Positions 1 through 10,822 of a stretch of DNA of 64,000 nt are shown here, in pieces (within the stretch, counting starts at the first letter, position 1; every line of letters begins with the position of its first letter). The notes under the pieces were generated by a model. It was not told where the DNA came from and searched no databases. It saw only the letters and a program-made list of their open reading frames with translations. Position numbers and translations under genes: made by a program. The stretch lies in the IMG/VR virus record IMGVR_UViG_3300032116_000004, positions 186,001 to 250,000 of that record, one strand, 5' to 3'.

Positions 1-15
1 AACTCGGAGAAAAAA

Positions 16-852
16 ATGACAGAAAAAAAACAAGAATTATTTGATGCGATAAAAAACACAAAGTTGGTAAGCGAAGCACCTTTCCATCCTGGCTATGAAG
101 ATGCTGCCATGAATCTTACCAACACAGGACTGGACGCCATGGTCAATGATCGAGGTTATCAAACGGCCTATCTCGGCGATGCTATCCGATTCCAAATGCG
201 GCGTGAAGGCAAAAGATTCTGGGCTGGAGACAATGTATCGGAATATGTGAATCCTGCCACCAAAGAAATCCTGATCAATGAGGCCACCGAAGCGTTTGAG
301 TTAGTGCTAGATCGTTTGCTGATCGATAGAGAAACGGATCCCAACTCCAAGGGCACCGCACGTCGTTTGGCCAAGATGTATTTCAATGAGATCATGGCCG
401 GAAGATATGAATCTGCACCCGACTGCACTGCTTTCCCCAACGACTCGGCAGACCGATACGAAGGCATGCTGGTGGTGCGCAGTGAGATCCGGAGCATGTG
501 TAGCCATCACCATCAACCAGTGGTTGGAGTGGCCTATATTGGAATCTTGGCCGCACACAAACTCATCGGTCTCAGCAAATACACTCGCATCGCGCAATGG
601 TGTAGCCGTCGCGGAACTCTACAAGAAGAATTGTGCAACGACATCGCCCGAGAGATCATGAAAGTGACCGAAAGTTCTGATGTAGGCGTATATGTGCAAG
701 CCACGCATGGGTGTTGTGAAAATCGCGGCATCATGGCCCATTCTAGCCTTACCCAGACAACCGTTCTAAACGGTGCATTCCGGACGGACCCGGCTGTGAA
801 AAAAGAGTTCATCGATAATATCAAACTGCAACAGGACTTTGCGCCTAGGTAA
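16..852 (+). CDS. folE: GTP cyclohydrolase I
   Basis: Zn motifs SMCSHH and HGCCENRG, GLSKYTRI, RRGTLQE. Confidence 0.95.
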   Translation: MTEKKQELFDAIKNTKLVSEAPFHPGYEDAAMNLTNTGLDAMVNDRGYQTAYLGDAIRFQMRREGKRFWAGDNVSEYVNPATKEILINEATEAFELVLDRLLIDRETDPNSKGTARRLAKMYFNEIMAGRYESAPDCTAFPNDSADRYEGMLVVRSEIRSMCSHHHQPVVGVAYIGILAAHKLIGLSKYTRIAQWCSRRGTLQEELCNDIAREIMKVTESSDVGVYVQATHGCCENRGIMAHSSLTQTTVLNGAFRTDPAVKKEFIDNIKLQQDFAPR

Positions 853-867
853 GTGAGCACTTACCTA
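846..867 (+). terminator. 10-bp perfect inverted repeat at folE end
   Basis: TAGGTAAGTG-AG-CACTTACCTA followed by TTT. Confidence 0.5.
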
Positions 868-868
868 T

Positions 869-897
869 TTGACCAATAATCCTAGATCAACTATAAT
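869..897 (+). promoter_or_regulatory. sigma70-type promoter
   Basis: TTGACC-17-TATAAT. Confidence 0.8.
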
Positions 898-928
898 ATT
901 GATATTATAGACAAATCTGGAACGACCA

Positions 929-3313
929 ATGGATTTCAAACGCAGTATCATTGCTGTATCAATCTCTGGCATAATGTCTACCTTGGCCGGCTGTGGGGGT
1001 GGTGGTGGTGGTGGCACTAGTTCAACGCTCGGTGGTTTTGTCCGATCAGAAGTTCCTTTCCATACTCCTGTGCGCATATCGTCGGCTATAGATCCTTTGG
1101 TCAAAGTCGATGGAGCGGCACCTGTATTTGATATCTTTGAAGCAAATGTCACTGGTAGTGGCAACGATATCATATTGGCAGGTAGACAAACACAATATGC
1201 CACACCCGAAACCTGGAGTAACAGCCGGATCAGTTTGTTCGCATGGCAAAACGGAACTTTAGTCGACCGCACTGCACAGTGGTTTCCGGGTGGTATCAAC
1301 GAAATACTAGGCACAGAACCCAGCGTGAAGTTTGCTGATCTATTCAACACAGGTCGCCAAGACATGTTGGTTGCACCCAGCACGGACATGCAACACTATG
1401 GCCCTGGTTATGTGTTCGCCAACCAAGGCACACATTTCAATCGCATATCAATTCCTCTCAACAATGTATGGGCCCACGACAGCGCCATCGCAGACATGGA
1501 CGGAGACGGTTTTAAAGATTTGCTGTTTGTCGATTATGGACCAAACACCACCTTGGCAATCAACAATCGAGTCAATAACTTTACCGCATATACCGATAGC
1601 AGAGGCACGGCCGGTGATCTGCGGTGGGGTGGATCCAGCATTGTTGCTGACAGTTTTCTAGGCAATGGACAGAAACAGATCATAGTAACTGACAATGCTT
1701 GTAATACTGCCAACGCCGCATGCAGTAATGCTCGCACCACCAAGATGTATAGCTACACCATCGTTGGAGGGCAACTGAATTATCAATACATAGCCGATCT
1801 TCCTGCACCATTGTTGGATCACAATGTGAGAGTGGTATCGCATGATTTCAACGAAGATGGACGACCCGATGCCATTGTTTTTAGCCGTCTTGGTTTCCAT
1901 ACCAAACAAAGTGCCATCCAATTCCTGAAAAACAACGGCGCCGCTGTGTTCCAAGATGTGACCACAGATACACTGGTCGGTTATGATACCAATACCTATT
2001 CTACCTACAACCCCAAATTCCTAGACATCAACGGCGACGGTCGCACTGATATTTTGGTCAGTGCCACAGATTTTTCGGGTAATCAATCCAGCACTCAAAT
2101 ACTGTTGAAAAGTTCAGACGGCAAGTATGTGGCGGCTCATCAAAGGATTTTTACGGATTTTCTCAAGCAAGCCGCGCAGATGACCCAGGAGTTAGGAACC
2201 GGTGCTAACGAAGCCAACAGCACGGTGAACTTGTTCAAAGCGCCAGATGGAAAATATTATCTAGTGACCTTCATCGCATATGAAGCAAACAATGATCGCA
2301 AACTGGCAGTTTACATGAGCCAGATGGGAGGACAAGTCACACTCACAGCGCAGACAGCAGTGGATCTCATCAGACAGAAATGGCCTTACATGAGTGCGGC
2401 CGCGGCCAATTCAGTGTTGGCACAGACAGCGGCCACTTATTGGAATGGCAAAGTTATTGACATTGAGGCCGCAATGAATCCAATTGGTGGTCTTTGGATC
2501 AATTCCAAACCTATCACTGGCCATATCGCTGGTGTAGACATCGGGTCAGGTAGGATGCTGGCCACTGATGCTCTGCATAGACCGTTTGCCATCAATGCCA
2601 AGCCCATGAACACTCAAGGACTCAATGCATGGCAACGCACTGCCAACCCTGTGCAGGATCATGAAATGACCAGTCATGCAGAGTATTTGGTAGGTGGACG
2701 CAGTATGATGATGGATGGCCTGCGTGTGACCAGTGATCAAAACATCAACGGCCAACCCGGTGATGCTTACAGTATTGGAATTCCACGCATCTGGTTCAAG
2801 AAAAACTGGACCTATGGGGCGCAGTATACCAAGTTGGCATTCAACCCCTGGATTAGTTTCAGTGGTGTGTGGGGAACTGTGCGTAGTAGCAGTGTGCTAG
2901 ACAATGTTGTGGCTTATCAAAACGGTGGATTTTCCGCTCGTGGTAGCCTCATGTATGTCAACACCGAAATCAATCCAGGATTGATCACCAGAGTCACACC
3001 GACTGTGGGCACTTGGGCCGAAACAGGTTATCGATGGGACAGCAATAAAAACACACTGGGACTATATCTAGGACTTGCGCCCACTGTGTTGACAGGCAAG
3101 ATAGAAGCAAATTTACCAAGTTCATTTGACAACAACGGACAATTAGTTTACAATAAGCACTCGTTGGACATTATGAGAACTGCAACATACTATGCCAGAG
3201 GTATTTGGACCAAAGACATTGATCGCAAGACCCGCTGGAGGACCAACGTCGCTTCTAACACAGCCGGACAATATCGGATCATGAATGAAATCGTTTGGAG
3301 TCTAGATAAATGA
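929..3313 (+). CDS. FG-GAP/VCBS-repeat lipoprotein with possible C-terminal beta-barrel
   Basis: Lipobox LAGC plus poly-Gly linker; DxDGDGxxD-type repeats (DMDGDGFKD, DFNEDGRPD, DINGDGRTD); amphipathic beta-strand C-terminus. Confidence 0.75.
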   Translation: MDFKRSIIAVSISGIMSTLAGCGGGGGGGTSSTLGGFVRSEVPFHTPVRISSAIDPLVKVDGAAPVFDIFEANVTGSGNDIILAGRQTQYATPETWSNSRISLFAWQNGTLVDRTAQWFPGGINEILGTEPSVKFADLFNTGRQDMLVAPSTDMQHYGPGYVFANQGTHFNRISIPLNNVWAHDSAIADMDGDGFKDLLFVDYGPNTTLAINNRVNNFTAYTDSRGTAGDLRWGGSSIVADSFLGNGQKQIIVTDNACNTANAACSNARTTKMYSYTIVGGQLNYQYIADLPAPLLDHNVRVVSHDFNEDGRPDAIVFSRLGFHTKQSAIQFLKNNGAAVFQDVTTDTLVGYDTNTYSTYNPKFLDINGDGRTDILVSATDFSGNQSSTQILLKSSDGKYVAAHQRIFTDFLKQAAQMTQELGTGANEANSTVNLFKAPDGKYYLVTFIAYEANNDRKLAVYMSQMGGQVTLTAQTAVDLIRQKWPYMSAAAANSVLAQTAATYWNGKVIDIEAAMNPIGGLWINSKPITGHIAGVDIGSGRMLATDALHRPFAINAKPMNTQGLNAWQRTANPVQDHEMTSHAEYLVGGRSMMMDGLRVTSDQNINGQPGDAYSIGIPRIWFKKNWTYGAQYTKLAFNPWISFSGVWGTVRSSSVLDNVVAYQNGGFSARGSLMYVNTEINPGLITRVTPTVGTWAETGYRWDSNKNTLGLYLGLAPTVLTGKIEANLPSSFDNNGQLVYNKHSLDIMRTATYYARGIWTKDIDRKTRWRTNVASNTAGQYRIMNEIVWSLDK

Positions 3314-3705
3314 CTGCTACTTTAAAACAGGCACAACAACAGGGTATCGCCCCATGGGATGATACCTATGGAGAAACTCCAGAATACTATATCTTCCGCG
3401 ATCGATATCCGGTGGCCGAAGGACACTTGCTATTCGTTCCCAAAATCAACAACGATGATGCCATCATGTCCTGCTTCCGTGCGGCTCGCCGCCATGGAGA
3501 ATGGTATGTGATCAGTGGACGATCGGATGCCTACAACATCGGTATGAACTGCGGATCTCAGGCAGGCCAGACTGTGATGTATCCACACATACACATGATA
3601 CCGAGGAGAACCGGTGACTGTGAAGATCCAGTGGGCGGAGTGCGCGGGGTAATCCCAGGGCAGGCCAACTACAAAAAAGATGGTTATCAACAGCCCGATA
3701 AATAG
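3310..3705 (+). CDS. HIT family hydrolase
   Basis: HPxH-like triad HIHMIPR, GHLLFVPK, AGQTV. Confidence 0.9.
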   Translation: MTATLKQAQQQGIAPWDDTYGETPEYYIFRDRYPVAEGHLLFVPKINNDDAIMSCFRAARRHGEWYVISGRSDAYNIGMNCGSQAGQTVMYPHIHMIPRRTGDCEDPVGGVRGVIPGQANYKKDGYQQPDK

Positions 3706-3787
3706 AAATCTCAACAGCGGCCTTTTCGGCGTCATCCCGCTTTACAAACTCTGCCGCCTATGCTAAAATTGACATAGGAGATAGACA

Positions 3788-4303
3788 ATGGCAAAATTTT
3801 ACTCAACAAAAACATACGGTAACGACAGAGGTCTGTCATGCTGTTTTAGACAATGGCGTGCCACACATAGCCACTGCTCAACGCTACATGGATATTCAAT
3901 TGGTATCAAATTAATATTTGAATGTGATACATTGGATGACAAAAACTGGTGCATGGACTTTGGCGGTCTTAAAGAATTCAAAGCATGGGCAGACCACATG
4001 TTTGATCACACTTTGGTAGTAGCTCAAGACGATCCAATGCTGGATTTTTTCAAACACATGAACGAAATTGTGGATATTGAAAGTAAAAATCATCTAAGCA
4101 AACTACCATACGAACGCGGTGCCTTATGCGATTTACGCATTGTGCCCGGTGTAGGATGCGAAATGTTTGCCAAAATGGCTTACGACAAGATGGCAGAATT
4201 ACTTGCAAACGGTGACATGCGTTACCCTATTAATCCAACAGTAAGAGTTAAATCAGTTGAAGTATTTGAACACGGAGCAAACTCTGCCACATACGAAGGT
4301 TAG
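3788..4303 (+). CDS. queD: 6-carboxytetrahydropterin synthase
   Basis: CSTLHGYS, MDFGGLK, FDHTL. Confidence 0.9.
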   Translation: MAKFYSTKTYGNDRGLSCCFRQWRATHSHCSTLHGYSIGIKLIFECDTLDDKNWCMDFGGLKEFKAWADHMFDHTLVVAQDDPMLDFFKHMNEIVDIESKNHLSKLPYERGALCDLRIVPGVGCEMFAKMAYDKMAELLANGDMRYPINPTVRVKSVEVFEHGANSATYEG

Positions 4304-4349
4304 TTTTTTGTGAATAATTAACGGCGTATATAAATATTGTCTCAATACC

Positions 4350-5231
4350 GTGTTGAGACAGGAGAATAGATTGAATCAAAACGAACAGCCAGTGGGTCTC
4401 AGAAAATTATGGACGGATCCGGCTACACACGCTATATCTGTGTTGTTGCCCACTAGGAAACGCCGAGAATCATTGAAGGCCAGTGTGCAGAGCCTGTATG
4501 ATCTGGCAGCTCACCCTGAAAACATCGAGTTGATGTTGGCCATGGATACCGATGACCAGGAAACCATAGATTGGGTCAAAGACAATGTGCTACCTGATCT
4601 CGAACAACGAGGAGTGGATGCTACCTTGGTCACTTTCACTCCCATGGGCTATATCAATCTCCATCAGTATGTCAATGCCTTGGGCCAACTGGCCAATGGT
4701 CGATGGTTGATGTTCTGGAACGATGACGCTGTAATGAAAACACCGTCCTGGGATCTTGAACTGATCAAGCACGATGGCACATTTGCTGTGTTGCGCATGC
4801 CCACACACAACTGTCATCCCTATGCCATATTTCCCATCATACCTCGAGACTGGTATTATCTATTGGGGCATCTCAGCAATCATCAACTTACAGATGCTAC
4901 CATCAGCCAGATCGCATATACCTTGGATATCATGATCAACATTCCAGTAGATGTGCTACATGATCGTCATGATCTCACTGGCAACAACAATGATGAAATC
5001 TATAAAAATCGTCCCATGCTAGAAGGTAACCACAATCATCCAGCAGATTTTAATCACCTCAATTTCAGGCAGAAACGCCTCAACGATGCCAATAGGATAG
5101 CATGGTATCTAGATAGGATAGGTCAGCACAGTGATTGGTTTGATCGAGTCATGACCGGGGAAATAGATCCCTGGACCAAGATGACCAGCAAAGAACAAGA
5201 TCCCAATGGTCAAGTGAGTATCATCCAGTGA
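4350..5231 (+). CDS. GT-A/GT2-like glycosyltransferase
   Basis: ISVLLPTRKR start and FWNDD (DxD-like) motif. Confidence 0.75.
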   Translation: MLRQENRLNQNEQPVGLRKLWTDPATHAISVLLPTRKRRESLKASVQSLYDLAAHPENIELMLAMDTDDQETIDWVKDNVLPDLEQRGVDATLVTFTPMGYINLHQYVNALGQLANGRWLMFWNDDAVMKTPSWDLELIKHDGTFAVLRMPTHNCHPYAIFPIIPRDWYYLLGHLSNHQLTDATISQIAYTLDIMINIPVDVLHDRHDLTGNNNDEIYKNRPMLEGNHNHPADFNHLNFRQKRLNDANRIAWYLDRIGQHSDWFDRVMTGEIDPWTKMTSKEQDPNGQVSIIQ

Positions 5232-6004
5232 AAGACATTGAACGACGTATAGTTGATTACTGGAATCATCAACCCTGCAACATCCGCCACAGCCAAGCAC
5301 CTGTAGGCAGCCAGGAATTCTTTGATGCTGTCACTGCCAAACGCTATCGTGCTGAACCGCACATATTAGATTTTGCCGGATTTCATCTCTGGCGTGGTCG
5401 CCGTGTGCTAGAGATTGGATGCGGCATAGGATCTGACGCTGAACAGTTTGCCCGACATGGTGCCGAATATGTTGGGGTAGACATTTCCGAAGAAAGCCTG
5501 AGATTGTGCCGGCAACGGTTTGATGTGTATGATCTCCAGGGAGATTTCCAGCAAGGATCTGTGACAGATCTTGATTTCTTGCAGAGTCTGGGCAAATTCG
5601 ATCTAGTATATAGTTATGGTGTGCTACACCATTTTCCTGGCATGGGATCACATCTATCTAACATCGCCAATATCCTGCCCTCGGGTGGTGAACTCAGATT
5701 CATGGTCTATGCCCGCAATTCTTGGAAGTATGCTATGATCCAGAAAGGCCTGGATCAGTTTGAAGCACAGGCCGATTGTCCCTACGCTGAAGCATTCACC
5801 CGAGAAGACATAACCAAATTGCTGGACCCACACTATCATGTGGAACGCATCCGGCAAGATCATTGTTTCATGTATGATGTTGCGGCTTACAAACAAGGCG
5901 AGTTCCAACTAGAGCCATGGTTTGAAGCCATGCCCGAAGTCATGAGGCTGGCAGTGAAAGAATATCTAGGCTGGCATCTCTTGGTCAAGGCCAAAAAGTT
6001 GTGA
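5228..6004 (+). CDS. Class I SAM-dependent methyltransferase
   Basis: VLEIGCGIG, FDLVYSYGVLHH. Confidence 0.9.
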   Translation: MKDIERRIVDYWNHQPCNIRHSQAPVGSQEFFDAVTAKRYRAEPHILDFAGFHLWRGRRVLEIGCGIGSDAEQFARHGAEYVGVDISEESLRLCRQRFDVYDLQGDFQQGSVTDLDFLQSLGKFDLVYSYGVLHHFPGMGSHLSNIANILPSGGELRFMVYARNSWKYAMIQKGLDQFEAQADCPYAEAFTREDITKLLDPHYHVERIRQDHCFMYDVAAYKQGEFQLEPWFEAMPEVMRLAVKEYLGWHLLVKAKKL

Positions 6005-6951
6005 AAAAAATAGTTTACGTCACTGGTTGTTTGGGATTCATGGGCGTGCATGTGACTCGGGCCTGTTTAGACGCTGGATTTAAAGTCATAGGTGTGGATA
6101 AAAAGACCTATGCCAGCAACGACTGGGCCTTGATCGAATTCCTTCAGCACAACAATTTCACATGGTTGCACCGAGACATCAATGATCTCGATAGACTTGT
6201 GGACTGTGACTACATCATCAACATGGCCGCAGAAACACATGTAGACAATTCCATAATGAGCAGTGGTGTTTTTTTACATTCCAATGTCAACGGAGTGCAT
6301 CATCTCCTGGAATTGATAAGACAAATCCCTCGCTACAAGCAACCCATCCTGTTGCATTTTTCCACAGATGAAGTCTATGGCGACATCGATCAAGGTAGTC
6401 ACACTGAACAGGATCTGTTAAAACCCAGCAACCCTTATTCGGCTTCCAAGGCCGCAGGCGACATGCTGATAATGGCCTGGGCCAGGACCTATGGTATCAA
6501 GCATGTGATAGTGCGTCCCACCAACAACTATGGCATAGGACAGTATGTAGAGAAACTCATCCCCAAATCAGTGAAATATCTTGAACTGGGGCGCAAGATC
6601 GATCTACACGATCGTGGAGAGCCTCGACGAACATGGTTGCATGCTTCGGATACCGCTCGAGCCGTGATGGCAATCATTGAGTCTGGTCAGGTCAACGAAA
6701 TATTCAACATATCGGGCAACATAGAACTGCCCAACCGAGAAGTGATCAAGAAACTGCTGGCCATCTACTGGAATGAAAACAAAGATCACTGCTGGCAAGA
6801 TTACATCATGGACAGCCAGCGAGAAGGTCAAGATGTTAGATACAGCATCGATGATAGCAAACTAAAAGCACTGGGTTGGCTGCCGCAGGCGGACTTTGAT
6901 CGCGAGTTGGTAGCCATCGTTGACTACTACAAAAAAAACTTTATTTGGTGA
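6001..6951 (+). CDS. rfbB: dTDP-glucose 4,6-dehydratase-like
   Basis: GCLGFMG, AAETHVDNSI, STDEVYG, YSASK, NNYG. Confidence 0.88.
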   Translation: MKKIVYVTGCLGFMGVHVTRACLDAGFKVIGVDKKTYASNDWALIEFLQHNNFTWLHRDINDLDRLVDCDYIINMAAETHVDNSIMSSGVFLHSNVNGVHHLLELIRQIPRYKQPILLHFSTDEVYGDIDQGSHTEQDLLKPSNPYSASKAAGDMLIMAWARTYGIKHVIVRPTNNYGIGQYVEKLIPKSVKYLELGRKIDLHDRGEPRRTWLHASDTARAVMAIIESGQVNEIFNISGNIELPNREVIKKLLAIYWNENKDHCWQDYIMDSQREGQDVRYSIDDSKLKALGWLPQADFDRELVAIVDYYKKNFIW

Positions 6952-6954
6952 TCT

Positions 6955-7623
6955 ATGGGAACATATTATAAAAACGCAGAACCTTGGTTGGATCAGATCG
7001 ATCGTGCGGCTTGGGTAGAATTGGGTGTGGATCGAGGCGAAGGCAGCACACGCTGGTTCAGTGACATGGCCAAAACCAGAGCTACCAAGTTCTACGGTGT
7101 GGACATGGATCCTGATCAGATCGAACGGGCCAGAGTCAACTTGGCTCAGAGCAGGACAGCGACCATACAGTCCGATGGATCTATCGCCATGATCCCCGGT
7201 GATATAGATCCGCATATCGAACTGATCGCAGACAAAGGCGAAGAATTTTTGCGTAAAATGGATCCCGCTGAAAAGATCAGTTTGTGTTATCTGGACAATT
7301 TTGATTGGGATTATTGGTTAGGGCAAGAGGAAGAATCCTTTGTGGCCGGAGTGAAACAACGCTATCGAGACACCATACAGACCGAGATGACCAACACCAA
7401 CAGCCAGCTAACGCATTTGATACAGACCATGCGACTGATTCCTCGGCTCATGCCCAACAGCCTGGTTATCTGCGATGACACTTGGTTTATTCCCGAAGAA
7501 GGTATATTCAGCGGCAAATGTTCTGCGGCTATACCGTTGTTGATATTGCATGGTTTCAAACTGTTGCACCGTGAAGGTTATCGGCAAAACAGCGGTGCCA
7601 TACTGGGCAGGTTCCGTGATTAA
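6955..7623 (+). CDS. Putative methyltransferase-fold protein
   Basis: VELGVDRG, LCYLD, ICDDT resemble Methyltransf_24-type motifs. Confidence 0.55.
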   Translation: MGTYYKNAEPWLDQIDRAAWVELGVDRGEGSTRWFSDMAKTRATKFYGVDMDPDQIERARVNLAQSRTATIQSDGSIAMIPGDIDPHIELIADKGEEFLRKMDPAEKISLCYLDNFDWDYWLGQEEESFVAGVKQRYRDTIQTEMTNTNSQLTHLIQTMRLIPRLMPNSLVICDDTWFIPEEGIFSGKCSAAIPLLILHGFKLLHREGYRQNSGAILGRFRD

Positions 7624-8344
7624 GAACTACATCGTCTCAGCAGTGCGCCCTATCCGTGAAGGATGGCACATAGAAAAACACCAAGAACTCTACAAGAATT
7701 ATCGCGAGATGTATGACCTCAGCGTGGCCAGTTATCGCAAGTTCGTAGAAGAACCATTTGAAGCTGTGCTGTTGGAATCTCCAGTGGACAATAACTACCA
7801 AAACAATTTAGAGACTTGGCAGTTCATCCACGATCTTTGGCATCAGGAACCTTGTAATATCTTGTGGGCAGGCGCTGACACATTCATGACCCAATCCACA
7901 TCGCTGTTCAGCGGTAGATACCCCGAGTATCGATTGTTCAATTACACTGATCCAAAATCGTTTGGGCCTTTTGCACATCACTTCAATGATGATGTGCAAC
8001 TGTATCCACACACCATGAGCGAAGACACCTGGCAGGTAGGTAAGCAGTTCTGGGACACGGGCATGGAAGATCCTGCCATCCGGGAATGGGGATTTGATCA
8101 ACTGCGTCACAATGCCATGTTCTGGAGCCAAGACATTGCCGACGATGACAGATGCCATCCTCATCTGAATTTTATCTGCATGAATCTGCGCACTCTGGAT
8201 CCTGCCATTATCAGATGGCATGAACAATGGAACCGTTGCGAATTCGATAGAGCACATATCTTGCACTTCTGCGCCAGCAGAGGCAGTGCCAGCGTGATCT
8301 CAATCATGAAGGAACTGGCAACACAATTAGGAGTGGCACAATGA
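7616..8344 (+). CDS. Putative nucleotide-sugar transferase (GT-A-like)
   Basis: ILWAGADT and late HF motif, glycan cluster context; GTG start chosen. Confidence 0.5.
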   Translation: MIKNYIVSAVRPIREGWHIEKHQELYKNYREMYDLSVASYRKFVEEPFEAVLLESPVDNNYQNNLETWQFIHDLWHQEPCNILWAGADTFMTQSTSLFSGRYPEYRLFNYTDPKSFGPFAHHFNDDVQLYPHTMSEDTWQVGKQFWDTGMEDPAIREWGFDQLRHNAMFWSQDIADDDRCHPHLNFICMNLRTLDPAIIRWHEQWNRCEFDRAHILHFCASRGSASVISIMKELATQLGVAQ

Positions 8345-9660
8345 AAGAAATATTGGATCTAGTGCGCCAGCACGTCGAACAAAAACAATCTGACAAGACC
8401 TGGGTGGCCGGCAAAGACTTTGTGAACTATGCAGGTCCATATTTTTCGTCTGACGAGTATGTGGCGGCCGCCGAAGCATTGCTAAACGGCTGGTTGGTCA
8501 TGGGCAACAAGAGTCTTAGATTCGAGCAAAAATTCCCCAAAGAGTTTGGCAAAGATCGTGGCGTGCTCACCAACAGTGGTAGCAGTGCAAATCTCTTGAT
8601 GATGACCGCAATGAAGAGCAAACGTGGACACAACTTTCCGCCAGGTACCAAGGTATTGATGCCTATCGCAGGATTCCCAACTACACTGAATCCAACCTTA
8701 CAAAACGGATTCACACCAGTTTTCTGTGACATCGAAATCGATACACTAAACATTGACTTGGATCAAGCAGAACAGATATTGGCCAACGATCCAGACATCC
8801 GGATCATGACTTTTGCTCATGTGCTGGGTAATCCGCCCAACATGGACCGAGTGATGGAACTGGTGCATCGACACAATTTAATCTTGTTGGAAGATTGCTG
8901 TGATGGCTTGGGCACAACCTATGATGGCCGACCATTGGGGAGTTTTGGTCTAATGGCATCGTGCAGTTTTTATCCAGCACATCATATGACCATGGGCGAA
9001 GGCGGCTTTGTGGCCATGAACGATCCACAACAAGAAATCATTGTGCGCAGTCTACGTGAATGGGGTCGTGGTTGCTATTGTGTAGGACCCGAGGCTAACA
9101 AATTAAAATGTGGCACTTGCGGCAAACGGTTCAATGAGTGGATCCCAGAGATGCCAGATCAGATCTTTGATCACAAGTATGTGTATGATGAAATTGGATA
9201 CAATCTAAAACCCATCGAACTACAAGCGGCCATGGGACTGGAACAAATCAAGAAGTTGCCCGAGATACATGCTCTACGGCAACGCAACTACGCTCTGTTG
9301 TTTGAGATCTATGAAAAGTATGAGGAATTCTTCCACTTACCACGTGCCAGAGACAAAGCCGATGTCAGCTGGTTCGCGTTTCCATTGACCATCCGTGCGG
9401 ATGCTCCATTCTCTCGCATGGATATCGTTGACTATCTCGAAGAAAATCTCATACAGACACGCCCTTATTTTGCTGGCAACATCATGTTGCAACCTGCGTA
9501 TAGTCATTTGATGGATCCTGTGGCGGCACGCGACAACTATCCAGTGGCCACATTTACCATGAAGAACACATTCTTCCATGGCTGTAGTCCAGTTATCACT
9601 CCTGAACAGGTCGCCTACATTGGTGAAAAGGTCGACGGATTCCTGAGTCTTTACCTATGA
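8341..9660 (+). CDS. rfbH: CDP-4-keto-6-deoxyglucose 3-dehydrase (RfbH/DdhC)
   Basis: NSGSSAN, SFYPAHHMTMGEGG (His instead of Lys), WGRGCYC, HKYVYDEIGYNLK. Confidence 0.93.
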   Translation: MKEILDLVRQHVEQKQSDKTWVAGKDFVNYAGPYFSSDEYVAAAEALLNGWLVMGNKSLRFEQKFPKEFGKDRGVLTNSGSSANLLMMTAMKSKRGHNFPPGTKVLMPIAGFPTTLNPTLQNGFTPVFCDIEIDTLNIDLDQAEQILANDPDIRIMTFAHVLGNPPNMDRVMELVHRHNLILLEDCCDGLGTTYDGRPLGSFGLMASCSFYPAHHMTMGEGGFVAMNDPQQEIIVRSLREWGRGCYCVGPEANKLKCGTCGKRFNEWIPEMPDQIFDHKYVYDEIGYNLKPIELQAAMGLEQIKKLPEIHALRQRNYALLFEIYEKYEEFFHLPRARDKADVSWFAFPLTIRADAPFSRMDIVDYLEENLIQTRPYFAGNIMLQPAYSHLMDPVAARDNYPVATFTMKNTFFHGCSPVITPEQVAYIGEKVDGFLSLYL

Positions 9661-10283
9661 TCACCCGGCAAGAACTCATCGACTTTGAATCAGACATAGC
9701 ACACTGTTTCAATACGAAACAGATACGGGCACCCATCCATCTCTACGATGGTGCCGAAGATCAGATCATGCGGGTGTTTGAAAAAATCAATGTTGACAAC
9801 GATTGGGTATGTTGCACATGGCGAAATCACTATCAAGCCTTGCTCAAAGGTGTGCCACAAACTTTGCTGAAAGAAAAGATCCTGGCGGGAAAAAGCATGG
9901 TGATGAATCTGCCCGAGTATCGTTTTATCTGTTCCAGCATCGTGGGCGGGATTCCCAGCATCGCAGTGGGACTGGCCCTGGCATCAAAAATACAACAAAA
10001 AGATTCTCGTGTATGGTGTTGGTGTGGAGATATGAGCGCCGAAACCGGAGCCTGGTCCGAAGCCTATAGATATTCTCAAGCACATGATCTACCCATAACC
10101 TTCATAGTAGAAGACAATGAGTTGAGTGTGCTGACACCCACTAGGGAAGTGTGGGGAGAGTCGAGATGGTATCTCCCAGATCAAGAGCCGACCGATTGGT
10201 ATGAAAGCCAGCATCTTATCTACTATCGATATAAAAACAACAAATATCCACATGCAGGAGCAGGTGTCAGGGTGCAATTCTAA
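9657..10283 (+). CDS. TPP-dependent enzyme, E1 alpha-like subunit
   Basis: WRNHY, SSIVGG, GD...EDN TPP motif. Confidence 0.85.
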   Translation: MITRQELIDFESDIAHCFNTKQIRAPIHLYDGAEDQIMRVFEKINVDNDWVCCTWRNHYQALLKGVPQTLLKEKILAGKSMVMNLPEYRFICSSIVGGIPSIAVGLALASKIQQKDSRVWCWCGDMSAETGAWSEAYRYSQAHDLPITFIVEDNELSVLTPTREVWGESRWYLPDQEPTDWYESQHLIYYRYKNNKYPHAGAGVRVQF

Positions 10284-10822
10284 TGACCACACAACATTAC
10301 AATCAATGCCTCAAAGATGCCATGTCATGGTTATCACAACAGCCTGGCACTGTGTTTCTGGGCCAGGCTGTGAGATATGGCGGAACCGGATGTTATGAAA
10401 GCCTTACAGTGGTCGACGACACACGCAAAATAGAATTCCCCATAGCAGAAAATTTCCAAATTGGTGTCAGCACTGGCTTGGCCATGGCAGGATTGATTCC
10501 TGTGTCCGTGGTTCCTCGATGGAATTTTCTACTGTGTGCTACGGATCAGATAGTGAATCATCTCGACAAAATGGTCACTCTCAGCGATGGTGCCTGCCGC
10601 CCAAAGGTCATCATCCGTGTGGCTGTTGGCAGTGAAATACCCGTGGATCCACAAGACCAACACAAAGGTAATTTCAGTGAAGCGTTTAGATTGTTGTGCA
10701 AACACATAGACATCATTGAGTGCGATACTCCGGAAAGCATATTGCCAGCCTACCAACATGCATATCAGAGGCAGGATGATCGGAGCACCATCGTGGTTGA
10801 GTTTCCGGACTACGGTAAATGA
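10283..10822 (+). CDS. TPP-dependent enzyme, E1 beta/transketolase pyrimidine-binding subunit
   Basis: PIAENFQIG, DQIVNHLDK, DPQDQH. Confidence 0.85.
   Translation: MTTQHYNQCLKDAMSWLSQQPGTVFLGQAVRYGGTGCYESLTVVDDTRKIEFPIAENFQIGVSTGLAMAGLIPVSVVPRWNFLLCATDQIVNHLDKMVTLSDGACRPKVIIRVAVGSEIPVDPQDQHKGNFSEAFRLLCKHIDIIECDTPESILPAYQHAYQRQDDRSTIVVEFPDYGK

Noticed and set aside
992-1015. GGT repeat as a phase-variable tract
   Set aside because: It encodes the usual poly-Gly linker after a lipobox.
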